Source: a virus. Taken from it: a stretch of DNA of 64,000 nucleotides. Of the stretch, positions 17,270 to 26,752 are shown piece after piece; position 1 is the stretch's first letter, and each line of letters starts with the position of its first letter. The translations under genes were made by a program, and so were the position numbers. The DNA is taken from IMG/VR virus record IMGVR_UViG_3300029258_002996; one strand, given 5' to 3'. The notes below the pieces were generated by a model, which ran no database searches, was not told where the DNA came from, and saw only the letters and a list, made by a program, of their open reading frames with translations.

Positions 17270-17733
17270 TGCGCTCTTCCTATGTTCGGTGGCATGGCGG
17301 AGATAACCTCGATACCCGAATCCTGACCTTGATGAGACTTGAGCGCGCCTTCGTACTGCTGAGTGAGCATTTTATCCGAACGTCGATCCTTAGAAAAAAT
17401 GTAGATAGATTCAGGATGGACGAGCTGATAAGGGAGGGTCTGCAAGATCAAAGAAGGCTTCTGGAACGCAGGAGCAATGCCCACGGAACGACCGTCTTCG
17501 CTCTGCTGCATCGGAACTTCCGCATAGAGCAACGGCCCATACAGAACCAAAAATCCTGCATCCGGATCCGGTAAGTCGTCGATACCACCCATCATCATGC
17601 GCCCGTTCACAGTGAGCAGAGCCATGTAGGTATCTTCAATCATCGGATTGACGAAAGGAGCGAATCCGAAGGTTTCTTCGATCCACGCTCCGAAATCAAC
17701 ATCCTTTTTTTGATCTTTCCGTTCATCTGTCAT
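17266..17733 (-). CDS. Hypothetical protein
   Basis: 155-aa ORF, ATGA overlaps. Confidence 0.7.
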   Translation of the reverse strand: MTDERKDQKKDVDFGAWIEETFGFAPFVNPMIEDTYMALLTVNGRMMMGGIDDLPDPDAGFLVLYGPLLYAEVPMQQSEDGRSVGIAPAFQKPSLILQTLPYQLVHPESIYIFSKDRRSDKMLTQQYEGALKSHQGQDSGIEVISAMPPNIGRAH

Positions 17734-19796
17734 CTCGCCACCTCTATCGCAGTAATACCATTTTTCTTCCGAGCTACCCAGGTTTCATTGAAACTGAGAA
17801 GATCATTTACGTGCCCCGAGTTGTCCGTGATCAGAATCGTCCCGGCAGGGATGTTCGTAAAGCTGCCCACGAGCTTCTCCGAGTTGCTCTGATCGACGAA
17901 CGCGAATATCTCATCGAGTAAGATCAAATTACAACCTTGACCATTTTGGACAGCCATATCGTGAAGCGCTCTGATCAGAGCGTTAGAGAGTTTACTCGTT
18001 TCCCCATCCGAGTAGAGCCGGGGATCGATGTTCTTCTCCCCGTCGATCACCTCGACGCTCACCTCGGACTTGAGGAGATCCTTGATGTCGCCCGCGCCCT
18101 TCTTCACCTTCTTCTCATCGAACGAGGAGAGATTCATCCGAACGGTCTCGCCCATTTCGGAAAGATATCGATTGATCTGCTCCGAGAGCATCCCGAGGGC
18201 TACGGACAACTTGTGCAACTTGATGTAGGGGATGTTCTGAATCAGCCAACCGAGAACTTCGACTTCGGCAAGCTGATCTGCGATTCTCTGTTCGGCGGAA
18301 AGGACATCGTCCTGAGCGCGTTGAATGTTTCCCTCAATCTCCGCAAGCTGATTGAGGTTATGATGGCACGATTGAGCCCACTCCTCGTACTGCTCGGCTT
18401 CTCGAACCGCCGCAGCAACGAGACCTTTTATTCGCGCCACCTCGGTTTGAAAGACCTGAACCTGTTGAGTAATCTGCTCGTACTCAGACGAGCTTTTCTG
18501 CATTTGGAGTTTCTTTTCCTGGACTTGTTGAGAAATCTCGGTGACTCGCTGTTGACGATCTCGGTAAGCTTCCTCCCGGGCTTTTTGAATCTCAGCCTCT
18601 TTCGCCTGCTGCTGACGAAGAAGATCGGCGTACTGTCCATCCTGAAATTGAATTTCCGATTGAAGCTCGCCAATATGTTTTTCGATCTGCACCTTTTTCG
18701 TCTTGGTGATTTTCGACCCGCAAGTCGGGCATTCATCGATGTTTCGAAAGTCTCCGGTTCGAAGAAAAGCTTGCAGAGTTCCCTTCGCTTGATCAAGCTT
18801 CGCCTTGGTATCGATCACCTGCTGTCGCAGAATCGGATCAAAAGATGGAAGATCCTGTTCGAGGGCTCTGGAGTTCCGAAGTGATCTTTCCTCGACCTCC
18901 AAATCCGCGATCTCCTGCGTGAGCGTTCCGATGCCGCTGCTCGCATATTTCTCCTGCTGTTTTTGCAAAAGTCTTTGAATCTGATCTTCCTTTGTTTCAA
19001 CCTCTTGAACCCATGCGGCGGCATCGTTGCGTTTTTGGTCTCGGGCAGCTACGTACTCACTCTCTTTTTGCGCCCAGTCGGTCTGTTCGAGATTCCTCTT
19101 CGACGTTTTCAACTGTTCTAAGGTTCCTTTGAGGTAGGAGATCTCCTCCTGAGCAGCTTGGACAGTCGACTGGAGATTGCTCTTCTCGGACCGACATCGA
19201 GAAAGAACTTGATCCCACTCCTCTATGCCGGTGACCCCCGTGAGGATGCCCACACGCTCCTTGTTCGTGCCTCGGAGAAACCTGGAACCTACCCGGTGGC
19301 TCAGGTAGGAAGTGGCGACAAAACGCTCGTAGGAGACCCCAAGCGCATTGATAAGGATCTGTCGGGTTTGGCTCATCTTCGAGCCCCGCGAGTCCCGCCA
19401 GGATCCGTCCACGAACTTATCGAGAAACAGCTCGGTCCCCTTGTAGACGGTTCCATTGTCATTGTCGGTGGGGTACATCTCCGGGTCCTTCCAGTCCCGG
19501 CAGTAGGTGACTCGATAGTAGATTCCTTCCCAGGAGACGAACTCGACTCGACCGGCGAATCCGTACTTCCAGACCTGGTTGACGACTCCGTTCCCGCTTA
19601 CGCCGGTCGGGTTCTCCCCGTAGAGGATCTCGCAGAGGGCGTTGAAAACGGAAGACTTGCCAGCTCCGTTCGAGTCGCCTCCGGTGTCCTCGTTCTCCCC
19701 GAGCAGGTTCACCAGCCCCCGCTGCTGGAGATCGATGTTCTCCGAACGACCGAACGAAAACAGGCCAGTGGGATTGAGATATCTAATCACCAACAT
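17730..19796 (-). CDS. sbcC: SbcC/Rad50 (T4 gp46-like) recombination ATPase
   Basis: Walker A SNGAGKSS, coiled coil with CPTCG zinc hook, signature YSDGE, Walker B ILLDE. Confidence 0.92.
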   Translation of the reverse strand: MLVIRYLNPTGLFSFGRSENIDLQQRGLVNLLGENEDTGGDSNGAGKSSVFNALCEILYGENPTGVSGNGVVNQVWKYGFAGRVEFVSWEGIYYRVTYCRDWKDPEMYPTDNDNGTVYKGTELFLDKFVDGSWRDSRGSKMSQTRQILINALGVSYERFVATSYLSHRVGSRFLRGTNKERVGILTGVTGIEEWDQVLSRCRSEKSNLQSTVQAAQEEISYLKGTLEQLKTSKRNLEQTDWAQKESEYVAARDQKRNDAAAWVQEVETKEDQIQRLLQKQQEKYASSGIGTLTQEIADLEVEERSLRNSRALEQDLPSFDPILRQQVIDTKAKLDQAKGTLQAFLRTGDFRNIDECPTCGSKITKTKKVQIEKHIGELQSEIQFQDGQYADLLRQQQAKEAEIQKAREEAYRDRQQRVTEISQQVQEKKLQMQKSSSEYEQITQQVQVFQTEVARIKGLVAAAVREAEQYEEWAQSCHHNLNQLAEIEGNIQRAQDDVLSAEQRIADQLAEVEVLGWLIQNIPYIKLHKLSVALGMLSEQINRYLSEMGETVRMNLSSFDEKKVKKGAGDIKDLLKSEVSVEVIDGEKNIDPRLYSDGETSKLSNALIRALHDMAVQNGQGCNLILLDEIFAFVDQSNSEKLVGSFTNIPAGTILITDNSGHVNDLLSFNETWVARKKNGITAIEVAR

Positions 19797-20076
19797 TTTT
19801 TTTGCCTGGATAAACGGCCAGCACATCATTAGCGCCGTAACTCATGTCAAAGTCAGCCGCCGAAGGCATACGCAGCCACGGAACCGCTCCATCTTTAGGG
19901 ACCATGAACAAATCCTCGGGACAAACCATCAAGACGACAGCTCGATAATGACTGAAATTCTTATCCTCATCCAGAATCGGGAACTTGGCTTCGATTAAGC
20001 AATATTCGGAGTGCCCTATTTTCGGTTCAAAACCTAAAATCCGAATCTTCGGAGGTTCTATGAATACTCGATTCAT
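19783..20076 (-). CDS. Hypothetical protein (probable start MNRVFIEPP)
   Basis: ATG 20076 overlaps the stop of the upstream zinc-ribbon gene. Confidence 0.55.
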   Translation of the reverse strand: MNRVFIEPPKIRILGFEPKIGHSEYCLIEAKFPILDEDKNFSHYRAVVLMVCPEDLFMVPKDGAVPWLRMPSAADFDMSYGANDVLAVYPGKKNVGD

Positions 20077-20252
20077 AGGCCGTTTCTGTCGTTGAAGGAC
20101 CACCGATGGCAGTTGTCCTTGCGGTTGAAGACCTGGAACGTGCCCCCGCACTCGCACTTCTCGTCGAGTTTCTCCGGGAAGTCTTCGGTGTCGTTGCACA
20201 GCTCTTCGCGGTTGCGCTCGCACTTGTCGCACTTGTAGTTGACCAGCTTCAT
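20073..20252 (-). CDS. FmdB-type zinc-ribbon protein
   Basis: YKCDKC...KCECGG pattern. Confidence 0.75.
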   Translation of the reverse strand: MKLVNYKCDKCERNREELCNDTEDFPEKLDEKCECGGTFQVFNRKDNCHRWSFNDRNGL

Positions 20253-20596
20253 TTTCCACACCCCTTTCCAGAGAGAAAATCGCGAAGTATTCGGTTCCTC
20301 TTATCTCGATTCTCGTTCATCTTCAGACAAACCCAGCTTTCAGGGGGAAGCCCCAACAAGTTGTCGGTATCGTAGGACTCGTCGATATAGGCTTCGAGAA
20401 TGCGCCTTACAAGATCCTCATCGGGCGTCAAGTCTACCCAGATCTTCTCCTGTAAATACCTATTATATTTCTCAATCTGCTGATGAAGCTCGTCAATGAC
20501 AGAACGAAGTTCCGCATTTTCCTTCTTCAGTTTGGCTGGTTTAATTTCGTTTTCTAAGATTTGCTGTATTGTTTTCGGATGTGGGATTCCTACCAT
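20249..20596 (-). CDS. Hypothetical coiled-coil protein
   Basis: 115-aa ORF with GGAGG RBS. Confidence 0.65.
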   Translation of the reverse strand: MVGIPHPKTIQQILENEIKPAKLKKENAELRSVIDELHQQIEKYNRYLQEKIWVDLTPDEDLVRRILEAYIDESYDTDNLLGLPPESWVCLKMNENRDKRNRILRDFLSGKGCGK

Positions 20597-20598
20597 CT

Positions 20599-21711
20599 CT
20601 AACCCTCCTGAAGCATTCGTTGCAGGACCTCGAAGATTTTGTCCTGGTTGAGGTTACCGATATTGGCGAAACCGCTCCCGAGGTAAATCCCCAGGTCGTC
20701 GACCGCGTTCGTCGACGAGGTGAGGTCCACAACGGCTTCTTTTTGCTGAACCTTGTAATCCCGAATAATCTCGATGCTGCGCGCCATCATGATATCGGTG
20801 TAGTTCGCCCATTTCGGGTCGTCAGCCACGCGGTCTACGTCCTTGCGGTCACCGACGAGCTTCACCTCGACCGCCTGGTCGTCCACGTAGCGCTCGTCGA
20901 TCCGGATATCCTCGAACTTGGTGTCGGGACCGACCTCCCAGGTCTCCCGATGGAAGAAGTTCCGGGTGGGTTTGAACTCGGTCTCGACTTCCCAGCCGGA
21001 TCCGTTATTGGTCGCGGTCACTTCGAGCCATCCACGTTCCTGGTCCGCGTCTGCCCTGGTGCGCTGAAGCACAGCTCCGAGGTAACCACCTCTCGTGTTC
21101 CGGAACGGAATCTGCTGCGGAACGTGGACATCGCCGCCGAGCACAAAATCCCATTCCGGACGGTCAATCTCCGATACCGCAATTCCGTCCTGGAAAACCG
21201 CATCGCTGTTGTCGGCGATGAATGAGCCCCGAACTACGTTGTGGAAGATGAACAGATTGAATCTCTCTGGATCGACTTGGTAGTTCGCCATGTCGAAGGG
21301 TACGTCCGCAGGAAGGGAATGGATAACTGCGTTCCCGCAAGTAATCGACTCAGGAGTGTCCATCACAAAAAGGTACTGATCGGAATCCATCAAGTACTTC
21401 AAGGACTCGGAAGTGTGCCACCCACGGTCGTTCTTTGTCCAATCGTGGTTCCCCACTAAATGAAAATGAGGGACTGCCCGCTCCCCTTGCCGCGCAGATA
21501 GCAACGCCACGTCTGCCCGAACCTTCACCTCATCCTCGGGTTCGCGCTTCAGATAGCGGTCACCTCCGAACACCGAAAAGTCAAAACCTCCGTCTCGAAT
21601 ATAGTGATGAATCTGCGATTCCAGGTTCACCGTGTCGTCGAGAGTAATGCACCTCGCGGCCTTCCGGTCGTGGTGAATATCGCTATAAGCAAGAAAACGG
21701 ATCCGTTTCAT
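20599..21711 (-). CDS. sbcD: SbcD/Mre11 (gp47-like) metallophosphoesterase nuclease
   Basis: SDIH, GGD, GNHD, GDVH motifs; near sbcC. Confidence 0.9.
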   Translation of the reverse strand: MKRIRFLAYSDIHHDRKAARCITLDDTVNLESQIHHYIRDGGFDFSVFGGDRYLKREPEDEVKVRADVALLSARQGERAVPHFHLVGNHDWTKNDRGWHTSESLKYLMDSDQYLFVMDTPESITCGNAVIHSLPADVPFDMANYQVDPERFNLFIFHNVVRGSFIADNSDAVFQDGIAVSEIDRPEWDFVLGGDVHVPQQIPFRNTRGGYLGAVLQRTRADADQERGWLEVTATNNGSGWEVETEFKPTRNFFHRETWEVGPDTKFEDIRIDERYVDDQAVEVKLVGDRKDVDRVADDPKWANYTDIMMARSIEIIRDYKVQQKEAVVDLTSSTNAVDDLGIYLGSGFANIGNLNQDKIFEVLQRMLQEG

Positions 21712-21986
21712 GCCTGGCTCCGGGCCAACAGAGAAGGGGAGTTCGTGACGGTGATGAAGGTCACGAGGAACGGGTAGATTGCCTTGGTGAACTTCTCCAA
21801 TTCATCCATTACGGCCTCTGGAGTTGAAGATGGGTTTGCGTGCGGAGAAGTCTTGAGAAAACGAAGAACGACGTACTTACAGATCAGATCAATATCCTCG
21901 ATTAGGAGATCCTCACCGAGCTGGATGAGCTGGTTTCGAACCAAGTGAAAGTAGGCTGTGCTACTGGGATCGAGCGTCGATTCCAT
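21708..21986 (-). CDS. Hypothetical protein
   Basis: 92-aa ORF between recA and sbcD. Confidence 0.6.
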   Translation of the reverse strand: MESTLDPSSTAYFHLVRNQLIQLGEDLLIEDIDLICKYVVLRFLKTSPHANPSSTPEAVMDELEKFTKAIYPFLVTFITVTNSPSLLARSQA

Positions 21987-22992
21987 GTTTCTCCAGTACC
22001 GTCTTCTCGATGAAGCTCATCACGTCGGGATATTGGCTAAGAGCGAACGCGGCCTTATCCGATCCCTGACCGAGAGTGTTGTCCCCGTAGTAGTACCAAG
22101 CACCATTCTTCGAAATGATTTTGTTTTCGACTCCTTGCTGAAGAAGATCCTTGGTACGAGAGAAGCCGCTCCCGAAATACAGCTCCAAGATCTCCTCTTT
22201 GAAGGGCATTGCGATTTTGTTTTTGACAACCTTCAGTCGGACTTTCTGCCCTACGATTTCGTCCTTCGGGCCTTTAATCCTTCCGGCAGGCTTTACCTCA
22301 ATCCGCTGACTCGCGTAGAACTTGAGCGCACGACCTCCTGTGGTTGTTTCGTTGGACCCGTATATCACCCCAATTTTATGCCTGAGCTGATTTATGAAGA
22401 TCACAGTCGCGCCCGATCTCGAAACAATCGCCGTGAGCCTCCGCATAGCTTGGCTCATCATCCTAGCCTGCAATCCTACGTGCTGATCCCCCATCTCTCC
22501 CTTCAGCTCCAGCTCAGGAACGAGATTGGCAACAGAATCGACCACAATGATGTCGCCCGGCTGCATGTTCTCACAAAAGGCTTCGACCGCTGACAGAGCT
22601 TTCTCACCGGAATCCGGCTGTCCGAAAAGAAGCCTCGAAACATCCACCCCTAGCTCCTGCGCATATGGAAGACTGACTGCATGCTCTACGTCGACGAAAG
22701 CACCAACGCCGCCCCGAGATTGAGCAGAAGCGACAGCTTGCAAAGCCAACGTGGTTTTTCCGGAACCTTCGGATCCAAACAACTCCACGATTCGACCTTG
22801 CGGATAACCCCCACCCAAAATGAGATCGACGCTCAAGAGTCCGGAAGGAATGGTGGGGATATTCTCGATCTTATTGGCATCCGCCACCGTGAAATCCTCG
22901 AACTCAGATCCTACTTGAATCTTCTTCAGAATTTCTGCGGTACGGCTCAATTCCTTCTTAGGTTCTTTTTCCTTTGTTTTTTTCTTCGCCAT
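21961..22992 (-). CDS. recA: Recombinase RecA
   Basis: GRIVELFGSEGSGKTT, IVVDSVA, GLQARMMSQA, GGRALKFYAS, VVKNK. Confidence 0.97.
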   Translation of the reverse strand: MAKKKTKEKEPKKELSRTAEILKKIQVGSEFEDFTVADANKIENIPTIPSGLLSVDLILGGGYPQGRIVELFGSEGSGKTTLALQAVASAQSRGGVGAFVDVEHAVSLPYAQELGVDVSRLLFGQPDSGEKALSAVEAFCENMQPGDIIVVDSVANLVPELELKGEMGDQHVGLQARMMSQAMRRLTAIVSRSGATVIFINQLRHKIGVIYGSNETTTGGRALKFYASQRIEVKPAGRIKGPKDEIVGQKVRLKVVKNKIAMPFKEEILELYFGSGFSRTKDLLQQGVENKIISKNGAWYYYGDNTLGQGSDKAAFALSQYPDVMSFIEKTVLEKHGIDARSQ

Positions 22993-22994
22993 CT

Positions 22995-24485
22995 CTACCA
23001 CTTCCTACGCTTGGCTCCCGGAGGTTGATCTCCTCCCGGAGGGGCGCTTCTGTCCGGAGGCTGCGCATGAGCGGGTTGCTGAAATCCCGGAGCAGTCGGA
23101 ATCGGCGGCTGAGGTTGCACTGCGGGCGGCTGCTGCGGAATCGGCGCTTGGGGCTGAGCCGGAGCCGTCTGAGCCGGAAGTTGCTGTTGCGGAGGCGCTC
23201 CCGGAGGGGGCGAACCCGCAGGGGCCGGAGGTTGAGCCGCTGGAGGAGTTCCCGGAGGAGGCGGGCTGCCCGGAATCGGTGTGCCAATCTGCGCCCCCGG
23301 AGGAGGCGAGCCGGGAGGAGGGGGAGCCATTGCGGCAGTACCCGCAGGCTGAGCGGGGGGAGCGCCCTGCGGAGCGGGAGGCGCCCCCTGCTGCTGCGGT
23401 AGAGATCCGGAAGCTCCCATCGGAGGCGCTCCAGGGGGCAACTGAGCGCCCGAAAAAGCCGGAGCAGTGTTGTACTCCTGCGGAACCTGCGTCTGCTGTC
23501 CTTGCGGAACGTTGGCCGATTCCCGAAGCTGAGAAATGTAAAAACGGCCCTCTTCGTAGGAAAGTTGATGCAGGTACTGCGTCGGGTCCACCTGAGACTG
23601 CTGGTTCCTGATGTAGTCCGTCCATTCTTGCGGATAGAGATGCATTTTTCCCATGTAAGAAACCGAGTACTTCGTGTTTCTCAGATTGTTGCCCTCGCAC
23701 TCGCTGGTATCCTTCGTGACGGTGATGATCGGCCAGCCTTGAGGCGTGGGCTCGAAGAAGGGGAATCCTCCAGGAGTCATCTCATAGAGGTTCCACAACT
23801 CAGTGTAGACCGACTTCGGGGCGTACCAAATCTGGTGGTGGACCCCCTCCTCTCCGTCATCGAGCTTGCGAACCCCGGTGAATTTGTCATGATCAAACAC
23901 TGACACGATGCACCGGTCGGTTGTACCCAGCTCCTTGGCGGTCCGATGTGTCGCGCTAAGAATGGGATCCCGTTTGATTTGGTCCCAATAGCCTTCGTTA
24001 CTGAGACCCTTCTTGTCGACACCGATGGAATCCCAACGCTCATTGTGGCTATCCCACATCTGGGAAGCCTCTTCGCAAAATGCGCAACGAGGCATGTCGT
24101 ACAGCGGTTGCTTACCTAGAGTCTCAGTCAAGTACCTGTTAAATTCGATGGGACATATGACGTTCGCGTGACCAACCTTGCCATCCTTATGGTGAAACTT
24201 CCGAACCTGATGAACCGCGATTCTCAGGTAAAACGTCTGCAAAGGATTGTTCGCGTCCAGCGAGACCAACCCCCCGCCGCCCGCGATTCCGTACTTCTGA
24301 GCGTCCTCCACTGTGGGGTTGAACAGCGCCCAGTTGTTCGGAGAGAACAACGGAATGATCACTTGATTTCGATTTGTTTGCTTCGCCTTGTCGGGAAGCG
24401 GTCGGTAGAAATCGAGAGACCAAGATCCCTTCCCGCCGTCCATCGACTCCTTGTCTTGTTGGTAAGGCATATTGAAGTTGCTCAT
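22995..24485 (-). CDS. Putative gp32-like single-stranded DNA-binding protein with long Pro/Gln-rich tail
   Basis: H..CP..CAFC zinc-like residues, NTKYSV C-terminal strand, location beside recA; disordered tail. Confidence 0.55.
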   Translation of the reverse strand: MSNFNMPYQQDKESMDGGKGSWSLDFYRPLPDKAKQTNRNQVIIPLFSPNNWALFNPTVEDAQKYGIAGGGGLVSLDANNPLQTFYLRIAVHQVRKFHHKDGKVGHANVICPIEFNRYLTETLGKQPLYDMPRCAFCEEASQMWDSHNERWDSIGVDKKGLSNEGYWDQIKRDPILSATHRTAKELGTTDRCIVSVFDHDKFTGVRKLDDGEEGVHHQIWYAPKSVYTELWNLYEMTPGGFPFFEPTPQGWPIITVTKDTSECEGNNLRNTKYSVSYMGKMHLYPQEWTDYIRNQQSQVDPTQYLHQLSYEEGRFYISQLRESANVPQGQQTQVPQEYNTAPAFSGAQLPPGAPPMGASGSLPQQQGAPPAPQGAPPAQPAGTAAMAPPPPGSPPPGAQIGTPIPGSPPPPGTPPAAQPPAPAGSPPPGAPPQQQLPAQTAPAQPQAPIPQQPPAVQPQPPIPTAPGFQQPAHAQPPDRSAPPGGDQPPGAKRRKW

Positions 24486-25135
24486 CCGTTCCTCCTACTT
24501 TCCATGTTTTCAATGAGCCTCCGTTCATCCAAAGGCTCGACGTTCGACTTCTTCGCTCTGAGCATCCGAGCGTACAGATCCAGATGGAACGACCTCGAAT
24601 GCAACCTCTCTGCTGTTATTTGTACCAATTCCAAGCCCTCTCGCAGCGAGTGGGCGGTGTCCATCAAGGTTTCGTAGTACCAAGGAGGGTCGAAATAAAG
24701 ATATTTATACATAGATTTCACAAATTCTTCTTCGGACTCGTAAAGCTTTTTTGTGGAAGCCACTCCAAACGCTGTCGTGCCGTACTTATTTCTTTCGTTC
24801 TGAGTTGTGTCGGCGGAATAGAGAATAACTGTAGTATCGATGATGGAATCCACGGTGGGTTTAGACTCTCCATAAGAAGTTAAAACATATTTCGCGAACC
24901 TCTTATTATGAGCCCACCATTTTTTCATCCAGCCTTCCTTGAATCTCTCGTAGCGGGTTTTCAACCGAACTGTCAGCGCCTCCCAGTAGGCTTGCGTAGA
25001 GGACTGAGTCCTCAGAAGAGTTTCGATATCTTCCGCATCGAAACGAAGCATCTCGACGATATCGGCCTCTTCCTTACTCTCGTTCACCGTCGCCATTACC
25101 CCGTTCGGAGTTATCTGGATCCCGAAATCGCTCAT
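24482..25135 (-). CDS. Helical hypothetical protein, possible UvsY-like recombination mediator
   Basis: Position upstream of SSB/recA; helical composition; function inferred from synteny only. Confidence 0.4.
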   Translation of the reverse strand: MSDFGIQITPNGVMATVNESKEEADIVEMLRFDAEDIETLLRTQSSTQAYWEALTVRLKTRYERFKEGWMKKWWAHNKRFAKYVLTSYGESKPTVDSIIDTTVILYSADTTQNERNKYGTTAFGVASTKKLYESEEEFVKSMYKYLYFDPPWYYETLMDTAHSLREGLELVQITAERLHSRSFHLDLYARMLRAKKSNVEPLDERRLIENMESRRNG

Positions 25136-25463
25136 TCTCACTCTCTGGCTCGCGCATCCGCTGCGCCATCGCCCGGCGCACTCGATTGCGACCATACGTT
25201 TGCTTACCGAGACTTTCGCCCCCGGTTCTTACCCTACTCGCCGTTCCTTTCTCAATTCTCTCGGCTTCCTCCTTCACAATTTTTGAACCCATCGAGTCCA
25301 AAGGAACCTTGCGCTTCTGGTAGAACCCACAATTCCCGCAAAAAACTTTCTCGATTCGATACGCACTCGTAACGATCAGTCCTCTGGACCTCAACCACCT
25401 CCTACAGCGCGGACACCTCTCGTCGAGATGCCACTGACTTTTGTAAATTTTTTGATCTTCCAT
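25074..25463 (-). CDS. Zinc-ribbon protein
   Basis: CPRC...CGNC. Confidence 0.6.
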   Translation of the reverse strand: MEDQKIYKSQWHLDERCPRCRRWLRSRGLIVTSAYRIEKVFCGNCGFYQKRKVPLDSMGSKIVKEEAERIEKGTASRVRTGGESLGKQTYGRNRVRRAMAQRMREPESENERFRDPDNSERGNGDGERE

Positions 25464-26540
25464 TCATTGACCGCATACCCTTGTTGCAAACAATTCCCAA
25501 ACCACCTTCGGATAGGTGGCGTACTTCATAGCTTCGAAGCTCTTCTCCCACAACCCGTCAATCCTTCGCACATCCTCAAGGGACAAGGTTAAATTACCAG
25601 AAAGGGATTCGTAGGGGATTCCAGTCAAGTAGGATACCTCGGGTCCGAGACCGCTCAAATACACCGAAAAATCCCTCAAAAGTATAGGGATTCCGTCAAT
25701 ATAGAGCTGAACCAAATCTCGGCCCTCCCAATACCATCTGGAAATTTCTTTCAAAAAAAGTGGGAGATTTCTCTGGTCGAGGACATCTGCAAGGTCTCCG
25801 TACTCCTCGACAGAGACAATTCCTACCGTATCACGAAGTAAATTCACCGACAGTTCACCGCCCTGCGCGGCGAGCATCAGACGTTCGAGCACCTGCTGCA
25901 CGTCCCGGAGAGATCCGCCGCCGAGGAGGGCCAGATTCTCCACGAAGGCGTCCTCAGCCGCGTGCCCCTCTCGTTCGAGGAGGGAGCGCACATTCGAGGC
26001 CACGTCCGCCACGGAAAGCGGCTGGAGGGGCATCTGGAGACATCTGGAACGAATCGTGTCTTCGAGCCTCTGCGGATCCGTCGTCACCAGAATGAAAACG
26101 GTGTTGGGTGGCGGCTCTTCGAGGATCTTGAGCAACGCGGCCTGCGCGGACTTGGAGAGCATATGGACCTCGTCCAGGATGAGGATCCGGTATCGATGGA
26201 GAATCGTGTGCTTGACGAGGACCTCGAAATCGCGGACGTGCTCGACCCCCGAGTAGGAAGCCGCGTCGAACTCCAAAATGGACTGATTCGCACCCCGGGA
26301 GGCGTCCACGCAGGACTCGCACTGGTCGCAGATCTCCTGCTGCTCGGAGAAAGTCGGACAATTAAGAGCCTTGGCGTACAGCCGCGCCAGCGTGGTCTTC
26401 CCTACGCCCCGCATCCCCGAAAACAGCAAAGCTGCCGGAACCCGACCCATCAGAATCGAGTTGATCAAGATTCTCACCGAAGCAGACTGTCCCGCTACCT
26501 CAGCAAACCGCTGAGGTCGGTATTTCACCGACAATTGCAC
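25464..26540 (-). CDS. dnaX: DnaX (gamma/tau)-like clamp-loader ATPase
   Basis: KYRPQRF, GMRGVGKTT, Zn module C..CDQCESC, DAAS, DEVHMLS, LEEPP, SRC. Confidence 0.95.
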   Translation of the reverse strand: MQLSVKYRPQRFAEVAGQSASVRILINSILMGRVPAALLFSGMRGVGKTTLARLYAKALNCPTFSEQQEICDQCESCVDASRGANQSILEFDAASYSGVEHVRDFEVLVKHTILHRYRILILDEVHMLSKSAQAALLKILEEPPPNTVFILVTTDPQRLEDTIRSRCLQMPLQPLSVADVASNVRSLLEREGHAAEDAFVENLALLGGGSLRDVQQVLERLMLAAQGGELSVNLLRDTVGIVSVEEYGDLADVLDQRNLPLFLKEISRWYWEGRDLVQLYIDGIPILLRDFSVYLSGLGPEVSYLTGIPYESLSGNLTLSLEDVRRIDGLWEKSFEAMKYATYPKVVWELFATRVCGQ

Positions 26541-26547
26541 TTATTAC

Positions 26548-26743
26548 CTATTGACCTCGTCTTCTCAGCTCTACTAACGCCCGTGACAAATCCATACTGG
26601 CCCGTTTTAGATCTCCAGTTTCTCGACTTCCTGAAAATGCGGCCCATTTGTCTTTTTTTCAGCAACTCTTTGACTTTCTTAGCTCTCTTCAAAAATCTCT
26701 GAGCTTCGAACACCGCTTCATCCAGAGTCTTTCGCGTAATCAT
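26548..26743 (-). pseudogene. Small phage gene apparently frameshifted at an A7 run (or recoded)
   Basis: Removing one A at 26653-26659 joins MITRKTLDEAVFEAQRFL... to DKWAAFSGSRETGDLKRASMDLSRALVELRRRGQ*, ending 7 nt before dnaX. Confidence 0.6.
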
Positions 26744-26752
26744 GATCTTCCC

